Positions 31,588 through 43,900 of a stretch of DNA of 60,810 bases are shown here, piece after piece (position 1 is the stretch's first letter; every line of letters starts with the position of its first letter). This DNA comes from Clostridia bacterium (GTDB lineage Bacteria; Bacillota; Clostridia; Christensenellales; UBA1242): the NCBI GenBank assembly GCA_036654655.1, contig JAVVRP010000005.1, positions 1-60,810 of the forward strand, given 5' to 3'. The notes beneath the pieces were generated by a model that saw only the letters and a program-made list of their open reading frames with translations, ran no database searches and was not told the DNA's origin. Position numbers and translations under genes: made by a program.

Positions 31588-32127
31588 ATGACAAAAAATG
31601 ACTATAAAGAAGAGTTTTATAAACTACGAACTCGCTTAAATCTAGCAATAAATAACAAAAGTGGAAAAGAAAATTTTGCAGATTTTTTTACTGAACTTTC
31701 TGTTGATGCCATGGAAAACGACCCTGTTGCGCAAGATTTTTTAGGCTGGCTTTTTAAACACGGTGTGCAAGGTTATCTTCCAGAAAATTTTGAAACATCG
31801 CAAAAATGGTTTATTTTGGCTGGTTCCAATGGAAATTCATTTTCACTGGACAGGCTTATGATTTACCTTAATTATGCCATTGATGAAATTGTTTATAATG
31901 ACGATTTTGGCTTGATAAAAGGCAAGAATAATCTTAATTCTGAAAATTATGTTATTGTTTTAGGAAAATATGTTTGTGATGGAATTGCCGACAAACTTGG
32001 GCTAGATGCAAAATTACTTGCAAAACAAAAACCGACTGGTTTGGAATTTAGTACTAAATTAATGTATAACTTTGACAAGGCAAGAAATATTGCAATTCCC
32101 ACTATTATTGAATTTTTAAAAAAATAA
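31588..32127 (+). CDS. Sel1-like repeat-containing protein
   Basis: DPVAQDFLGWLFKHGVQGYLPENFETSQKWFILAGSNGN fits a single Sel1 repeat; AGGAG RBS. Confidence 0.7.
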   Translation: MTKNDYKEEFYKLRTRLNLAINNKSGKENFADFFTELSVDAMENDPVAQDFLGWLFKHGVQGYLPENFETSQKWFILAGSNGNSFSLDRLMIYLNYAIDEIVYNDDFGLIKGKNNLNSENYVIVLGKYVCDGIADKLGLDAKLLAKQKPTGLEFSTKLMYNFDKARNIAIPTIIEFLKK

Positions 32128-32195
32128 AATTTATTATATATTTTGCATAAAACCCCGTTATTTGAAAAGAATATTTTTATATAATGAGGTGCACA

Positions 32196-32921
32196 ATGAA
32201 AAAATATAATGGGTTATGTTCCACAATTAAAAAAAGTTTTATGGATTATAAACAATTTGGCGACAAATTAATTCTTTCTGGAATACTTGAAGGCGTGATT
32301 GTTTTGCTGGCCATTTTGGTGCCATCTATTGCTTTCCCAATTGTTGCATATTCTTTTTTATGCGTTGGACAAGCAGGATTTTGTTTGGCAATATTAAGCG
32401 AAAAAAAAGCGGATGTAAAAAATGTTTTTTGCAATTATAAAACCTTTTTAAATGCGTTTACTGCTAAAATATTGGTTGTTGCAACTGCTATGCTTTGTTT
32501 GTTTTTATTTATTATTCCCGCAATAATTGTACTTTTAAACTATTCTTTTGTCAGCCATATTATTGCAACAAATAATTTTACCCCTTTTCAAGCACTTGCC
32601 GAAAGCCGTAAAATGACAAAAGGAATAAGACTGGGGCTACTTGCAATTTGGATTTTTGGACTTTTTTCTGTTGCTGTTTGCGGTGCTTTGGGTTTTGGAA
32701 TTGTTGCTATTGTAAGCACTTTTAGCGTTCTTACACTTTTTTGGAAACTTTTTATTGCAATTATGTTTTCACTTGTTCCATTTTTTACTTTTGCATTCCC
32801 TATTTTTAACCTTATGATTTCTAATGCTTTTTTGCAAGTTAAAAATTATGATATACAAAACTCCAAAAAAAAAATAAACAAAAACATTTCACAGCCAAAA
32901 ACTAGTGCACCATTAATTTAA
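32196..32921 (+). CDS. DUF975-like multi-pass membrane protein
   Basis: LFIIPAIIVLLNYSF...ALAESRKMTKG.RL motif, about 6 TM; start at MKKY behind GAGGTG. Confidence 0.7.
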   Translation: MKKYNGLCSTIKKSFMDYKQFGDKLILSGILEGVIVLLAILVPSIAFPIVAYSFLCVGQAGFCLAILSEKKADVKNVFCNYKTFLNAFTAKILVVATAMLCLFLFIIPAIIVLLNYSFVSHIIATNNFTPFQALAESRKMTKGIRLGLLAIWIFGLFSVAVCGALGFGIVAIVSTFSVLTLFWKLFIAIMFSLVPFFTFAFPIFNLMISNAFLQVKNYDIQNSKKKINKNISQPKTSAPLI

Positions 32922-33446
32922 TTATCTTAAATATAAAGTTGATTTTACGTTTTCCAAAAGATTGGATATTGCTTTTTTAATTTTGCATAACTCATCTTTG
33001 TTGTCAGGCTGAATTTCAAGCAGTTTTGTTGCAATTGAAAGTTGCATTATAATTGCGTTTTTTAATATGTAAGTTGATTTTTGAACTTGAAAATTATTTT
33101 TGTTGCATTTTTGTTTGACATTTTCATATTTTAATTTATTTTTAAGTTCCTCTGTTTTGTTAACTTCTTTAATTTGCGTTAACATAAAATCTAGTTCTAT
33201 TGATGTGGCAACGCATCTTTTATGTGCAATATGTAATGGCTGATTTTTAGGATATCTTGTGCACAAATTAAAATAAGAAGTTGTTAAAAATTCAACATCA
33301 TTTAAAATAAGTTGAAAATTAATTAAATTTGGAGGTTGGGCATTTAATCGAACAAAAACAAAGCCTTGCTTTTGAAGTGCTTTTGAATATTCTTTTGCCA
33401 TTTCTTCAATATTGTTTGTTGTTGTTTGAAAATCGTTAAATTGCAT
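32922..33446 (-). CDS. Hypothetical protein (174 aa)
   Basis: ORF with GAGG RBS downstream of cls; helical, no motif recognised. Confidence 0.65.
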   Translation of the reverse strand: MQFNDFQTTTNNIEEMAKEYSKALQKQGFVFVRLNAQPPNLINFQLILNDVEFLTTSYFNLCTRYPKNQPLHIAHKRCVATSIELDFMLTQIKEVNKTEELKNKLKYENVKQKCNKNNFQVQKSTYILKNAIIMQLSIATKLLEIQPDNKDELCKIKKAISNLLENVKSTLYLR

Positions 33447-33496
33447 ATTATAACCTCAGCAATCTATATGCAATATAATAAATTTAAGTTACAATT

Positions 33497-34939
33497 TTAT
33501 AGCAAAGGTGAAAAAAGCCTAAACAATGCCTGTGCAAGTTTTGTTAACAAAGGCTTGTGCCTGAACAGATAGTTTGTTGCAAGCAGTGAGTGTATTTTAT
33601 CTTTTTCAACCATTTTGGCAAAATCATCGCATGTTTTTTTGCAATAAATAACTGCATTTAGTTCAAAATTAAGTTCAAAACTACGGTTATCTGCATTGCA
33701 TGATCCAATTGTTATTGCGGTGTCATCTATCATTAATACTTTTGAATGCATAAATCCTTTGTAAAGCCAAACCTTTATGCCAATTTCAGTAAGGTCTTTT
33801 GCATATGATAAAGTTGCAGCATAAACAATTTTTTTGTCAGGACGGTCTGGAATAAAAACATTTACGTCAACACCACTCATGTGTGCCATTTTAAGTGCAG
33901 TCATAAAACTTTCGTCAGGAATTAAATATGGCGTTTGCAAAACAATACTTTTTTTTGCAGTTTGCATCATTTTGATCATTGTATCTTTAATTTGCTGAGT
34001 TTTTTCATCTGGTCCACTTGCAATTGACTGAACAAACGCCGTCCCTTTTTTTTCTTGGGCAGGAAAATATTCACTTTTAAATAAATCATTAGGTGGGCTG
34101 GTTATTTTTTTGCAAAATCTCCAATCAACAAAAAAATGACTTTGAAAACCAGCAACTGATTCTCCCTCAATTTTGCAATGAGTATCCCTCCATGGGCTAA
34201 GTTTTTTGCTTCGCCCCATATGGTCCTCTCTTATGTTAATGCCACCAATAAAGGCTGTTTTTCCGTCTATTATTGCAAGTTTTTTGTGGTTACGATAGTT
34301 AACCTTAAAATTAATAACTCTTATTCCCATAAATGGTGGAAAAAACTCCGCAACTTCACCGCCCGCCCTTTTAAGCCTTTTAAAAAAACGTCTTGGAGCC
34401 CTTAGGCAACCCACTGAATCATAAATTAATTTTACTTTAACACCTTCCATGGCCTTTTTGCAAAGAATGTCCATAATGTCACAGCCTATTTTATCATCTG
34501 CAAAAATATAATATTCCATGTTAATGGAACTTTTTGCACTGGTTAAACTTTGCTTTAAACTGTCAATTTTGGAAAGTCCATCGTTATAAATTGTTACATT
34601 GTTATTCAAAAAAATTTGACTGCCATATGATCGTTTGTTAAATTGTGCAATACTTTCTGCATCTTTATTAATTTTTTCCAAATCATCTGTACTTATGTTT
34701 TTTTTGTGATATAACTTAATTTGTTCACTAAATGCTCGCCTGTTTTTAACAAGCATTCTGGTGGACACGCTTAACCCACTTCCAATTAAAAGATAAAAAC
34801 TAAAACCCAAAACTGGCGCAAAAACCATTATCATTAACCATGAAATTATAACCTGTGGTTTTTTTCGCTCTATAAATATCATTGCGAAAATAAACAAAAT
34901 GTTTATGAATAATATAATTAACAATATATTCTGCGCCAT
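33497..34939 (-). CDS. cls: Cardiolipin synthase
   Basis: Two N-terminal TMs, two HxKxxxxD motifs (RNHKKLAIIDG, MHSKVLMIDD), WRDTH, RSFELNFE; start moved to MAQNIL behind GAGGAGG. Confidence 0.97.
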   Translation of the reverse strand: MAQNILLIILFINILFIFAMIFIERKKPQVIISWLMIMVFAPVLGFSFYLLIGSGLSVSTRMLVKNRRAFSEQIKLYHKKNISTDDLEKINKDAESIAQFNKRSYGSQIFLNNNVTIYNDGLSKIDSLKQSLTSAKSSINMEYYIFADDKIGCDIMDILCKKAMEGVKVKLIYDSVGCLRAPRRFFKRLKRAGGEVAEFFPPFMGIRVINFKVNYRNHKKLAIIDGKTAFIGGINIREDHMGRSKKLSPWRDTHCKIEGESVAGFQSHFFVDWRFCKKITSPPNDLFKSEYFPAQEKKGTAFVQSIASGPDEKTQQIKDTMIKMMQTAKKSIVLQTPYLIPDESFMTALKMAHMSGVDVNVFIPDRPDKKIVYAATLSYAKDLTEIGIKVWLYKGFMHSKVLMIDDTAITIGSCNADNRSFELNFELNAVIYCKKTCDDFAKMVEKDKIHSLLATNYLFRHKPLLTKLAQALFRLFSPLL

Positions 34940-34985
34940 TTTATTTTGCCTCCTCTTATGAAATTTATTGTTTAAAGATTCACAA

Positions 34986-37900
34986 TTATGGACTAGCAAT
35001 TGGTTTTACATTTACTGTTCCAATTAACAACGATTTTGCTGATGTTCCATATTTTATAAATACATCAATTTCCAAATATTCAGTTCCCAATATAAAATCT
35101 GCGTTAGTTGTTAAATTGCCATTTGAATTAATTGTACCCTTTCCTGCTTTTATTTTAAACTCAATCAAGGCTGTTGAATAGGTTGCTAATGTTTGATAAT
35201 TATTGTTTTCATATATATCATTATCATAAGCATCTTTTAAGTAAAAATATTTTCCCCAGTTTGCAAGAGTTATAATTTTGTCGATTGGCAACTCAATTTC
35301 ACAAACACCACCATTGTAGGCTCTTGAAACATCAACCCAGTTTGCTTTTGTTGTAACCCTCATGTTAAGGTTTATTTGCTGTGCTACTTTAATGTTTGTT
35401 TTGTCAATTGGATTTGTTTTGTCAGTTAAAAATGACACAATAAAATTTTGATCCATTGGCTGATACATAATGTTTTTTCCAGATGGCGTTTTTGTTGTTT
35501 GCGTGTTTACATTTGTTTCAAAATCGCTGTCCAACTTTTTTTGAAAAAATAAACATGAGGTATCTTGGGTTTCAAACAACGCTGCTGAAATTCCCTTTAA
35601 TGTTTCAAGATCTGTTTTATTACCAAATTTTGTCAGTTCTGCATCACTTTCTCCAACACTTGAACTGTCCGAACGCAACCCGTTGTAATAAAAGCGAGAT
35701 TTTTCGCCATTTTTATAAAGTCCGTTCTTTATTGTGACTTGTTTATCAATTCCATTTGCGAGTGCAGAAATATGTTTTCTTTCATAAGCGTCAAGTTTTA
35801 CAGGTATGTTATAATTTTCAATTGTGCCATTTGTTTCACTTGTAAAACACGTTTGAACAATGTCATTTGCAGTTTTGCCATCATCACGTGTATTAATTGT
35901 TAAAATTTGGTCGTCCACAATTGTTACTGGGGCATTTAGATAAACATAAATTTTCATATTTGTGCCCTTTTGAGCACCACTTAAATTAGTTGGAATTGTA
36001 ATTGTTGTTCCGCTTATTGTTATTCCGCTTTCTGTTGCTGTTTTGCAGTTTACAATTCCTACGTTTGTACCATTTGCATCAAACGTTTCAATTCGTAAGC
36101 CTTTAATAACCCCCAAATTTTTGGCTAAAAATTCATCTTCATAAATAATGTTTGCTGTGCCTTCTGCAAACTTTATTGTGGTATCTTTATAATGCAATTG
36201 TATTGTTAAGGTTTCTGTTGCAACATTATCTATATTCTTTTTTATATTTATAAATCCATCTTTTAAATAATACTGCGGAATAAAATAATTTGGTGTTGCA
36301 CTTTTACTTTTCATAAAATCTTTATAAGGGACTCTTTGCGCATCATCAAAAAAGCCATCATCTCCAATTTTTGTAAACTTAAAACCATCTGTCTCCTTAA
36401 AGTAATTTTCGAAACCCTTCAAATTACTCGGATTAAAACAAATTGACTTTCCACTTGACAAAGAGCGCTCCCCAATTGTAAACTCTTGTTTTGCATCAAA
36501 AACTGAAACATAATCAATTATGTTAAATGGGACATCATCTCTTACGTATATATTTTTTAATTCATCACCCTTGGTTTGAAAATAATATCTTTGATTAACC
36601 TTTATGTTTTGCACCAAAGTTGTTTGTTCCCCTCCTTTTTCTAACGTTATTTTGACAATTAAATCTGCGCTAATTGGTGCTTCTCTTGGAAGATAATTAA
36701 GTTTAATTGTTAATATAGATTTTGTTATTTCATCAATTTCATGTGACCACTTAAATTTGGCATTTGAACATTCAATTTCAACACCATTATCAGGGATTTT
36801 TCCGCCATTAGTTTCAACTATATTTAACACAACATCATCAATCTCTGGGTTAATTGCCTCTGTGCTGGGTTTAAAAATAATTTTATCGCCCTCATAAACG
36901 TTTAATAATTGTACTTGATTTTCTATTTTTGGAAATGTTCCGCCCTTTTCCACGTTTAAACGTATGTAGTATTTAAAATTAAAACCAAATTCATCTTCTA
37001 TAACAAGAACTATATTTTTTGTACCATAACTTGGCTTTTTAAAAGTTAAAATTCTTGTTCCTTGCGAATTTAAATTTTCAATAGGCTCAAAGCCCTTTGG
37101 ACCATTGTAAACAATTTCAAAAATAGGCTTGTCAAGAACTTTTGCACTTAAATAATTAATATTCCCCTGTGCGCCTTGTGTTCTTGTTATAAGCACGTTG
37201 CTATATTTTCCCACTGTTTGAACAGGGCTTGATGTGCCAAGTATAAAATTGTGAGCCGTGCTGTCACTTGCTGTGTATGAATCAATTAAGTATGGGTTTT
37301 GTATGGAATTAATGTTAAATGTTCCGTTTGATTCATAATTTTTGATTTCAACAGAATAATCATGTTTTATTGTTGCGGAAAGAATTTGCTTGTAACTAAA
37401 TTCTCCACATTTAATTGTTATTCCATAAGTGACATAAACTCCACTGTTTAAATTTGTTCCGCCAGGAGCGCCTTGTGCAATCAATTTATAAAATCTGGAA
37501 TTTGATTGTTGTGGGGATGCAATTAACAAGCATTTATTTAAAGATTCTGGTGCAAAAGGATTAAGGGTTATTCCATCTTCCTTTTTGCCATAAAATTGCA
37601 TATATTTATAGTCGTTTGTTGAATTTTTATAATAAATATTGTTAACAATGTCGTATTGTGCAAGGGCTGTTTCCACAGAAATTGAATAAGAGCCCGTGTA
37701 CATATTGTTAACGGCGGGTGTTGCATCAACAATTTGTTGATGAGTTTTGCCTGCAAGCGTTATGCCATAAACCTCATTTAAATCTCTGCTTTCTTTACTT
37801 GCAACCATTTCCACTGTGCTTACATTGATTTTTGCGTTAAAGTAATATTCTACATAATAATTTGAAATCAAATTATTAATTTCTGGCAAATTTTTAAATT

Positions 37901-40900
37901 TGATTTTGTAAATTTTTTCCCATATTTGATTTAAACTTGTAACTTCATTTGTTTTAATGCTATCATCAGTTGTTACAAAAATATTTTTAAAAAGTTTGCT
38001 TTTGTCTATCCTGTATTCATTGTAAGTTATTGATAGCCCGCCCAAAACAGGCTTGCCCGTTGCATCAACAACCGCGTCACCATTTGCTGTTTGATATTTA
38101 TCTTTAATTTCTTCTCCTGTGCTTTCAATTCCCAAAAAGTATTTAGAACTTAATTCGGGATTTGCAAAAATGGAAGAAAGTGCAACGTCAATTTTTTCTG
38201 GCATAGAACTGCCATTTTGCTGACCGCTTGCATTGTTTAATGTAACTTTAAAAATGCTTGCACTGCTGGTGTAAACGTTTACAACATAAGTTGCAACTTC
38301 GTCCTCACCAATATGTATTGCAAAAATTATGCTCCCCGCTGTTTTGGTGTTTTTTAATTCTAGTGTAACATCTGATATTAAATCAAAACTTGTTGCACTT
38401 GCATTATTAACTTTAACGTCCACATCGCTGGATGATTTTATTTTTACTGTTGCCACACCGCCCTTTTCAACAACTACACGTGCAAGTTTTTCTGTGCCTG
38501 TTATAACGTTAGAAAGCATTTCATTTGCTTTGCTTAAATTAATTACGCAACCACTTACAACAGATTCTGCAACTTGATGCTCGCCACTTACACCTGGGTT
38601 GGATGTTGCGGTTGGATAATTTATGCCAACAACAATGTTTGGGGTTATTTGAACTTGATAATAGCCATAAAGTTTAAATGTGTTTGTTATTTTATCACCA
38701 AAAACCACAGTTGAATTTACAGATATTTTAACAATAACAGTCCCGCCGATTTGTGTGTTTTTTGCTTTGATTACAAGTGAAGAACATGAGGCAATATTTA
38801 AACCCGTTACAACTTCCGCCACAAAAGTATGCGTTGTGTGAAATTCGTTGAATATTTGATTTATGTTTATTGTTCTTGTGCAACCACCTTCTAGTGGAGG
38901 TAAATCTATGGTTACGCTGTCTTGCGATTCATGCCCGCTAACAACTCCAATATCTGCCATAACAATTAACTCATAGTTATATTCATAATTTACATTGTTA
39001 ATTAATATGGAAATTTTTAACACAAATGTTAAATCTGTTTCATCTTTTAAAACTGACGTGCAATAAACACTTCCATCTTTTAAAATTTTTATAATGCTTT
39101 TTGATGCTTGATTATAAGTTTTTGTAAGCGTTAAAAAGTTGTTATTAAATTCATAAACATATCCACTTTGGGTGCAATTGTTGGTTAATGATTGATTTAA
39201 ACTTATTTTTGTTATTGTTGCATCGGCTGGTGGAGTAATACAATTTTCATATATGCCATTTGCATTAATTGTCTTTTTTGTAACAACTGGATTTGTTAAC
39301 GATTTCCCTATTACAATTGGAAATTGCCATGATGTTCCATTTGGAGCATAAGCAACAAGAGTGCTTTGCAAATCAAAAGGCAATTTGCTTTTGTTTGTTA
39401 TTTCAAGTTTGCAAATTCCGTTTTGAACCACTTGTAAAACCGAAATTGTTCCGTCAACAGTTTGTTCGGTGGCAACTGACAAATATTTTACAAGGTGCTG
39501 TGCATTTTGATTTTGCATAGACAAACAAAATTTTAAACTTGAAGTAGCAACATTTTGTGAAACTCCCTCTTGCTGTAACAGTGTAAATTCTTTTGTTAAA
39601 GTAGTTCCATTTTCCAATCGTCCATTATTTATTAACGATTCTGGCCCATTAACATTTAAATATATTACTGGATTTTCTATTCTTTCATTTGTTAAAATAA
39701 AGTTGTCCAAATTTTTAGTGCTAAAAACATTGTAATAACAAGTTGCTCGGCTACCCTCTGCCAATGAAATTTTTACTCGAATCATAATTTCATGGAATTT
39801 AACAGAAAGTATTCCGCTGTTAACACCTGTTCCAAAACTTGCATAAGTTGAATTGTTTTGTTTTTCAATTAACTTGAAAACTCCATTTTCCTGCAAAAAC
39901 ACGCTATCAATTTCAAAATTTACTTTGTTGCCGTTACTTATTTCTGCTTTTGATTTTATGCTAACAATTTTGTAACGTTTTCCATTAACAGATTTGTTTG
40001 GAACAAGATTACTTTGAGCCTCGTTAAAATTAATTTCTTTTGTCAAAATTCCTTCTGACATTAAAATCGTTTCGAATGGCCATTTTGTTATATTAAGCAC
40101 ATCACCATCGTTTTGACTTTGGTCTGGTGTTAATTCTTTAATATATGGATAGGCTGGAACAATTGAAACGTCTGCCAAAACATTAAGCCTAACAATTATT
40201 TTAAGCCCAAAAATTGTTGCAACAACAAAACACGCCTTATTTATTGGGACATCACTAAAATTAATTTTACCAACTTGCTTTTCTTCAATTATTTTGCTTT
40301 GAACAGCGGCAAAATCCACTGCTGATAGGGAATCTTCGGCTTCTATTGTAAAGGTTGCAAAACTGGACAAAACTTGTTTGCTAAAAATATTTTTAAGGTC
40401 TATTGAATTTGTGCCTTGTGCATTATATTGAATGTTTTTTGCAATTTTGTTGTTGGTCCAAAAATTTTTATTTAGCATGTTAGAAAGATTTAACTTTCCA
40501 TCAATATTTGTAAATTCAAAATCTTTTAATCCACTTTCTGTTTCTTGTTCCAGCCCGATTGCATTTGTTTTTTCATTAATTACATCACTTTTTACAGAAA
40601 AGAAATTATATTTAATTGGGCATAACAAAATTGGAAAATCTCTTGATGCAACTTTTTCGCTTGCACCTTTTCCCATCTTACAAGTTAAGGTTACAAAACA
40701 ATCTTTACCTGTTACAATTCCAGAAAGTTGATTGATTTTTGTGCCGTCATAAAACTCAGCAGGAATTGAATAAGTTGCCGAAAGTTCACCACTGGCAAAA
40801 CTTGTAAAATAAGATGGAATATTTATTTCTCCGCCCGAAATTATGTCACCGCTTGAAAGAAATAAATATTGTTTTCCATTATAAACAACAAAATGGGAGT

Positions 40901-43900
40901 GGTGGTCTTCATTTGGAATAATGTTTGGACATAACACAACATCAAAATAAGAATAAACCATTCTGGAAATTCCGTCATTAATTTCAACAGTTTTAGAACT
41001 ATCTGCGTTTTTAAGCATGTAACCGTTGTAACATAGCACAACTTTGTACATTGTTGGTGCTTTTATTGGTGCTGTTGGTGTAACTTTTCCGTCTGTGGCA
41101 GTTAAAGTGTTTCCCACAACATCTGCTGTTGTTAAATTAACAAATTTTGAAATTGTGTCCCCAGTATAAATTAATTGCCCCAAAACTGTTATTTTACTTT
41201 GATCTATTATATTTTCACTTATATTACTGTTAATTTTGGTAATATTTAAGTTATTGTCAGATGCAAAATCAGATGCAAAATTTGTGTTGTTTGGTTGGTT
41301 TAAATAAAACACTGATGTGCTTTCAATTTTGCCCTTTGCGTTGGAATTAATGTAAAATCTGAACACTTTGTTCCAAGAATATGGGCTATCAATTATGGTG
41401 TAGTTATTGTCTTTTAAACTTGCAACACACAAATTAAACTCTTGCATTTGCCCAAATTTTGTGGTTATATTTTTGATATCAGGAGAAAAGCCGAATTTTT
41501 TGTTAAAAGCCACTACGTTAGAACTTGAATTAAATCCTGTGGTTTCCGATTTAAATGCAACCGATAAATTATTGTCTTTGGATTTAACAAAAGTAATGCT
41601 TAATGAAAAATCTAATGTTGCTCCGTCAAAAATCCCTGTAAACAAATTATTGTTTGCATCAACAAAACTTTGAGCATTAGGATCCCCCGCCGTGGTTACC
41701 CCACCACTTATCATAATGTTAGGCTCAATGTTAAGTTCAATATCTTGGCTAAGCCCCAGCCCAGCAATACTAGCCGTTAAATTTATGGTAAATCTGCTGG
41801 CAAAATGTTGCAAAATTTCAATTTGAGTTATATTGCCCGTTGTTTCCGTTATTTTGAGCATATCTTTGATTGAATTTTTAATTACGTCCGAAGTTAAATC
41901 AGTATTTAATTTGTACGTTATAAGTGAACTTGCATCAATTTCATCTGTAATTTCATCTGTTTTAAACTTCCAACTTAAAAGTCCTTTAATTTTTGTTGTT
42001 TCCGTTCCAATCGTAATGCTTGACGGCGTTATATTAATTTTTCTGCCTTTGTTTCCGTAAAGAGAAATTGTTTGCTTTTTAAAGTCATAAGATGGGCTGG
42101 ACGCTGATTTTGAATAAATTGAAACATGGACAAAATCTTTTCCATCTATTGTTGAATTTAAATTTTCTTGAATAATTTCCACATTTGAAATTGGAATGAC
42201 TTTAACATTAAAAGTAAATTGTGCCTGTGTAATTTTTTCACCCTGTGAGTTGTTGTAACACAATGAAATGTTTGCCGTGCCACTTCCAACAAAACTAAGT
42301 GTTTTGCCAATTACTTCTGCAACATTGTTTGTTACGTCAATTAATGCAATTACTTTTGAATCACTTGTTTCAACAAAATATGTGGGATAGGTTGTTGGCT
42401 CTTTAAACTTATCCTGACACACAATGTTTAAACATTTGTTATCATCCAAAAATTTAATTGATTTGCCATTTGTTGTGTGTGTTGTTATTGCTGTTGTGGC
42501 ATCGGTCAGCGAAACAGTTGTGCTAATTATAATTGGCTCACTGTTTTTGTTGTATATTTCCCCCTTATCAACTGGTGGAGTTGCTTCCCCCGCCACTTTT
42601 CCAGATGGAATTAAAGATTCTTTTATCACTTTAAATCCAAAATTATTTGAACTTGCAAATGCATTATAAATTTGTATAAATTCAAGTTTTTTGTTGCCCG
42701 TTTCTGTTTTGCTTGCTGTTTCTGCATAGGTTGTAACAACAATTTCCATTGCCCCATGTGAAGCAATAGGTTTGTAAATCAGTTTAATTGAATATTCATA
42801 ACTTTTTTCCACATAGTTTAACGGGATTGCTGATATTGAGCATTTAAATTTAGACTCTGCTCCGTCCCAAACACTTGAAATAAGTGGACTAAGCAAAATT
42901 TCAGATTCCGAAGTATGCACAAATTTTAGCAACAATTCACCATTTTGAACTGATTTTTTAAGTTGCTCAACATTATTTGAATTAATGGAAACATAAAAAG
43001 CGTTTTGGCTTTCGGGCTGGCTTATTGAAGTGTCCATTCTGGAATCTTTGTATGCCAAGTATGTTTTTTCTAATAATGTATCCTTTCCCTCTGTAACTGC
43101 AATTCCTTTAAATTTTCCTGTACTAAGTTCTGCAAGAACAACATTTCCAGACAAACTTTTTAGCGTTTCGCCAACAAAAATGTTTATAAATTCAATATTA
43201 TTTCCAGAATCAACACTGCTTTTGTCAAACTCATAAGAACCGTCACTATTAATTATTATATCACCATTGCGATCTGTTTTTAATGTTGCAAAAAATATCT
43301 TAAACGTTTTGCCACTTGACTCTTTTGTTGGTTGCAAAATATGTGAAAGAGGTATTTCATATATGTTTTGTGCACCATCAACCTTTGAATCGGTTGAAAC
43401 AGAATTATTAACAATAAACATTCCCTCAACTTTTGTGCACAAGCATGCAGGTTTGTCCACAGTTTCACCAGTGCCCAAAACAAAAAATCTTATTGTTTTA
43501 TAATAATTTGCATTGGGTATATTTACATTTAAAGTTCCATTTAAAGTTTTTGTTAAATCAAATTCAGGCAATATTTGCTTTGAATTTTCACCACCGTTTA
43601 TTTCGTTTATAATTGTAATTTCAACTTGTGAATTATCAATCCAATTAACTGGATTTGATGCGGGTGCAATAACATTAAAGTTGTATACGTGTTGTGGCAC
43701 AACAAGTTCGGCGTCAGATTTTTCTAACATGTATTCAATAATCATTTTGTAACTTCCAAGAGCCGTTGCAGAAAATTGCCAATAACTGTTTTCAACAAAC
43801 AATTTATTTGTTGTTGGCAAGTAAAAAGTTTTTGCATTCATTAAAACTGTTTCTTTTTTATCAACAAGGTCAATAATTGGGTTTTGCGCTAACATATCAA

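Noticed and set aside
34940-34999. Apparent overlap of cls with the giant gene
   Set aside because: The real cls start is ATG at 34939 behind GAGGAGG, so there is no overlap.
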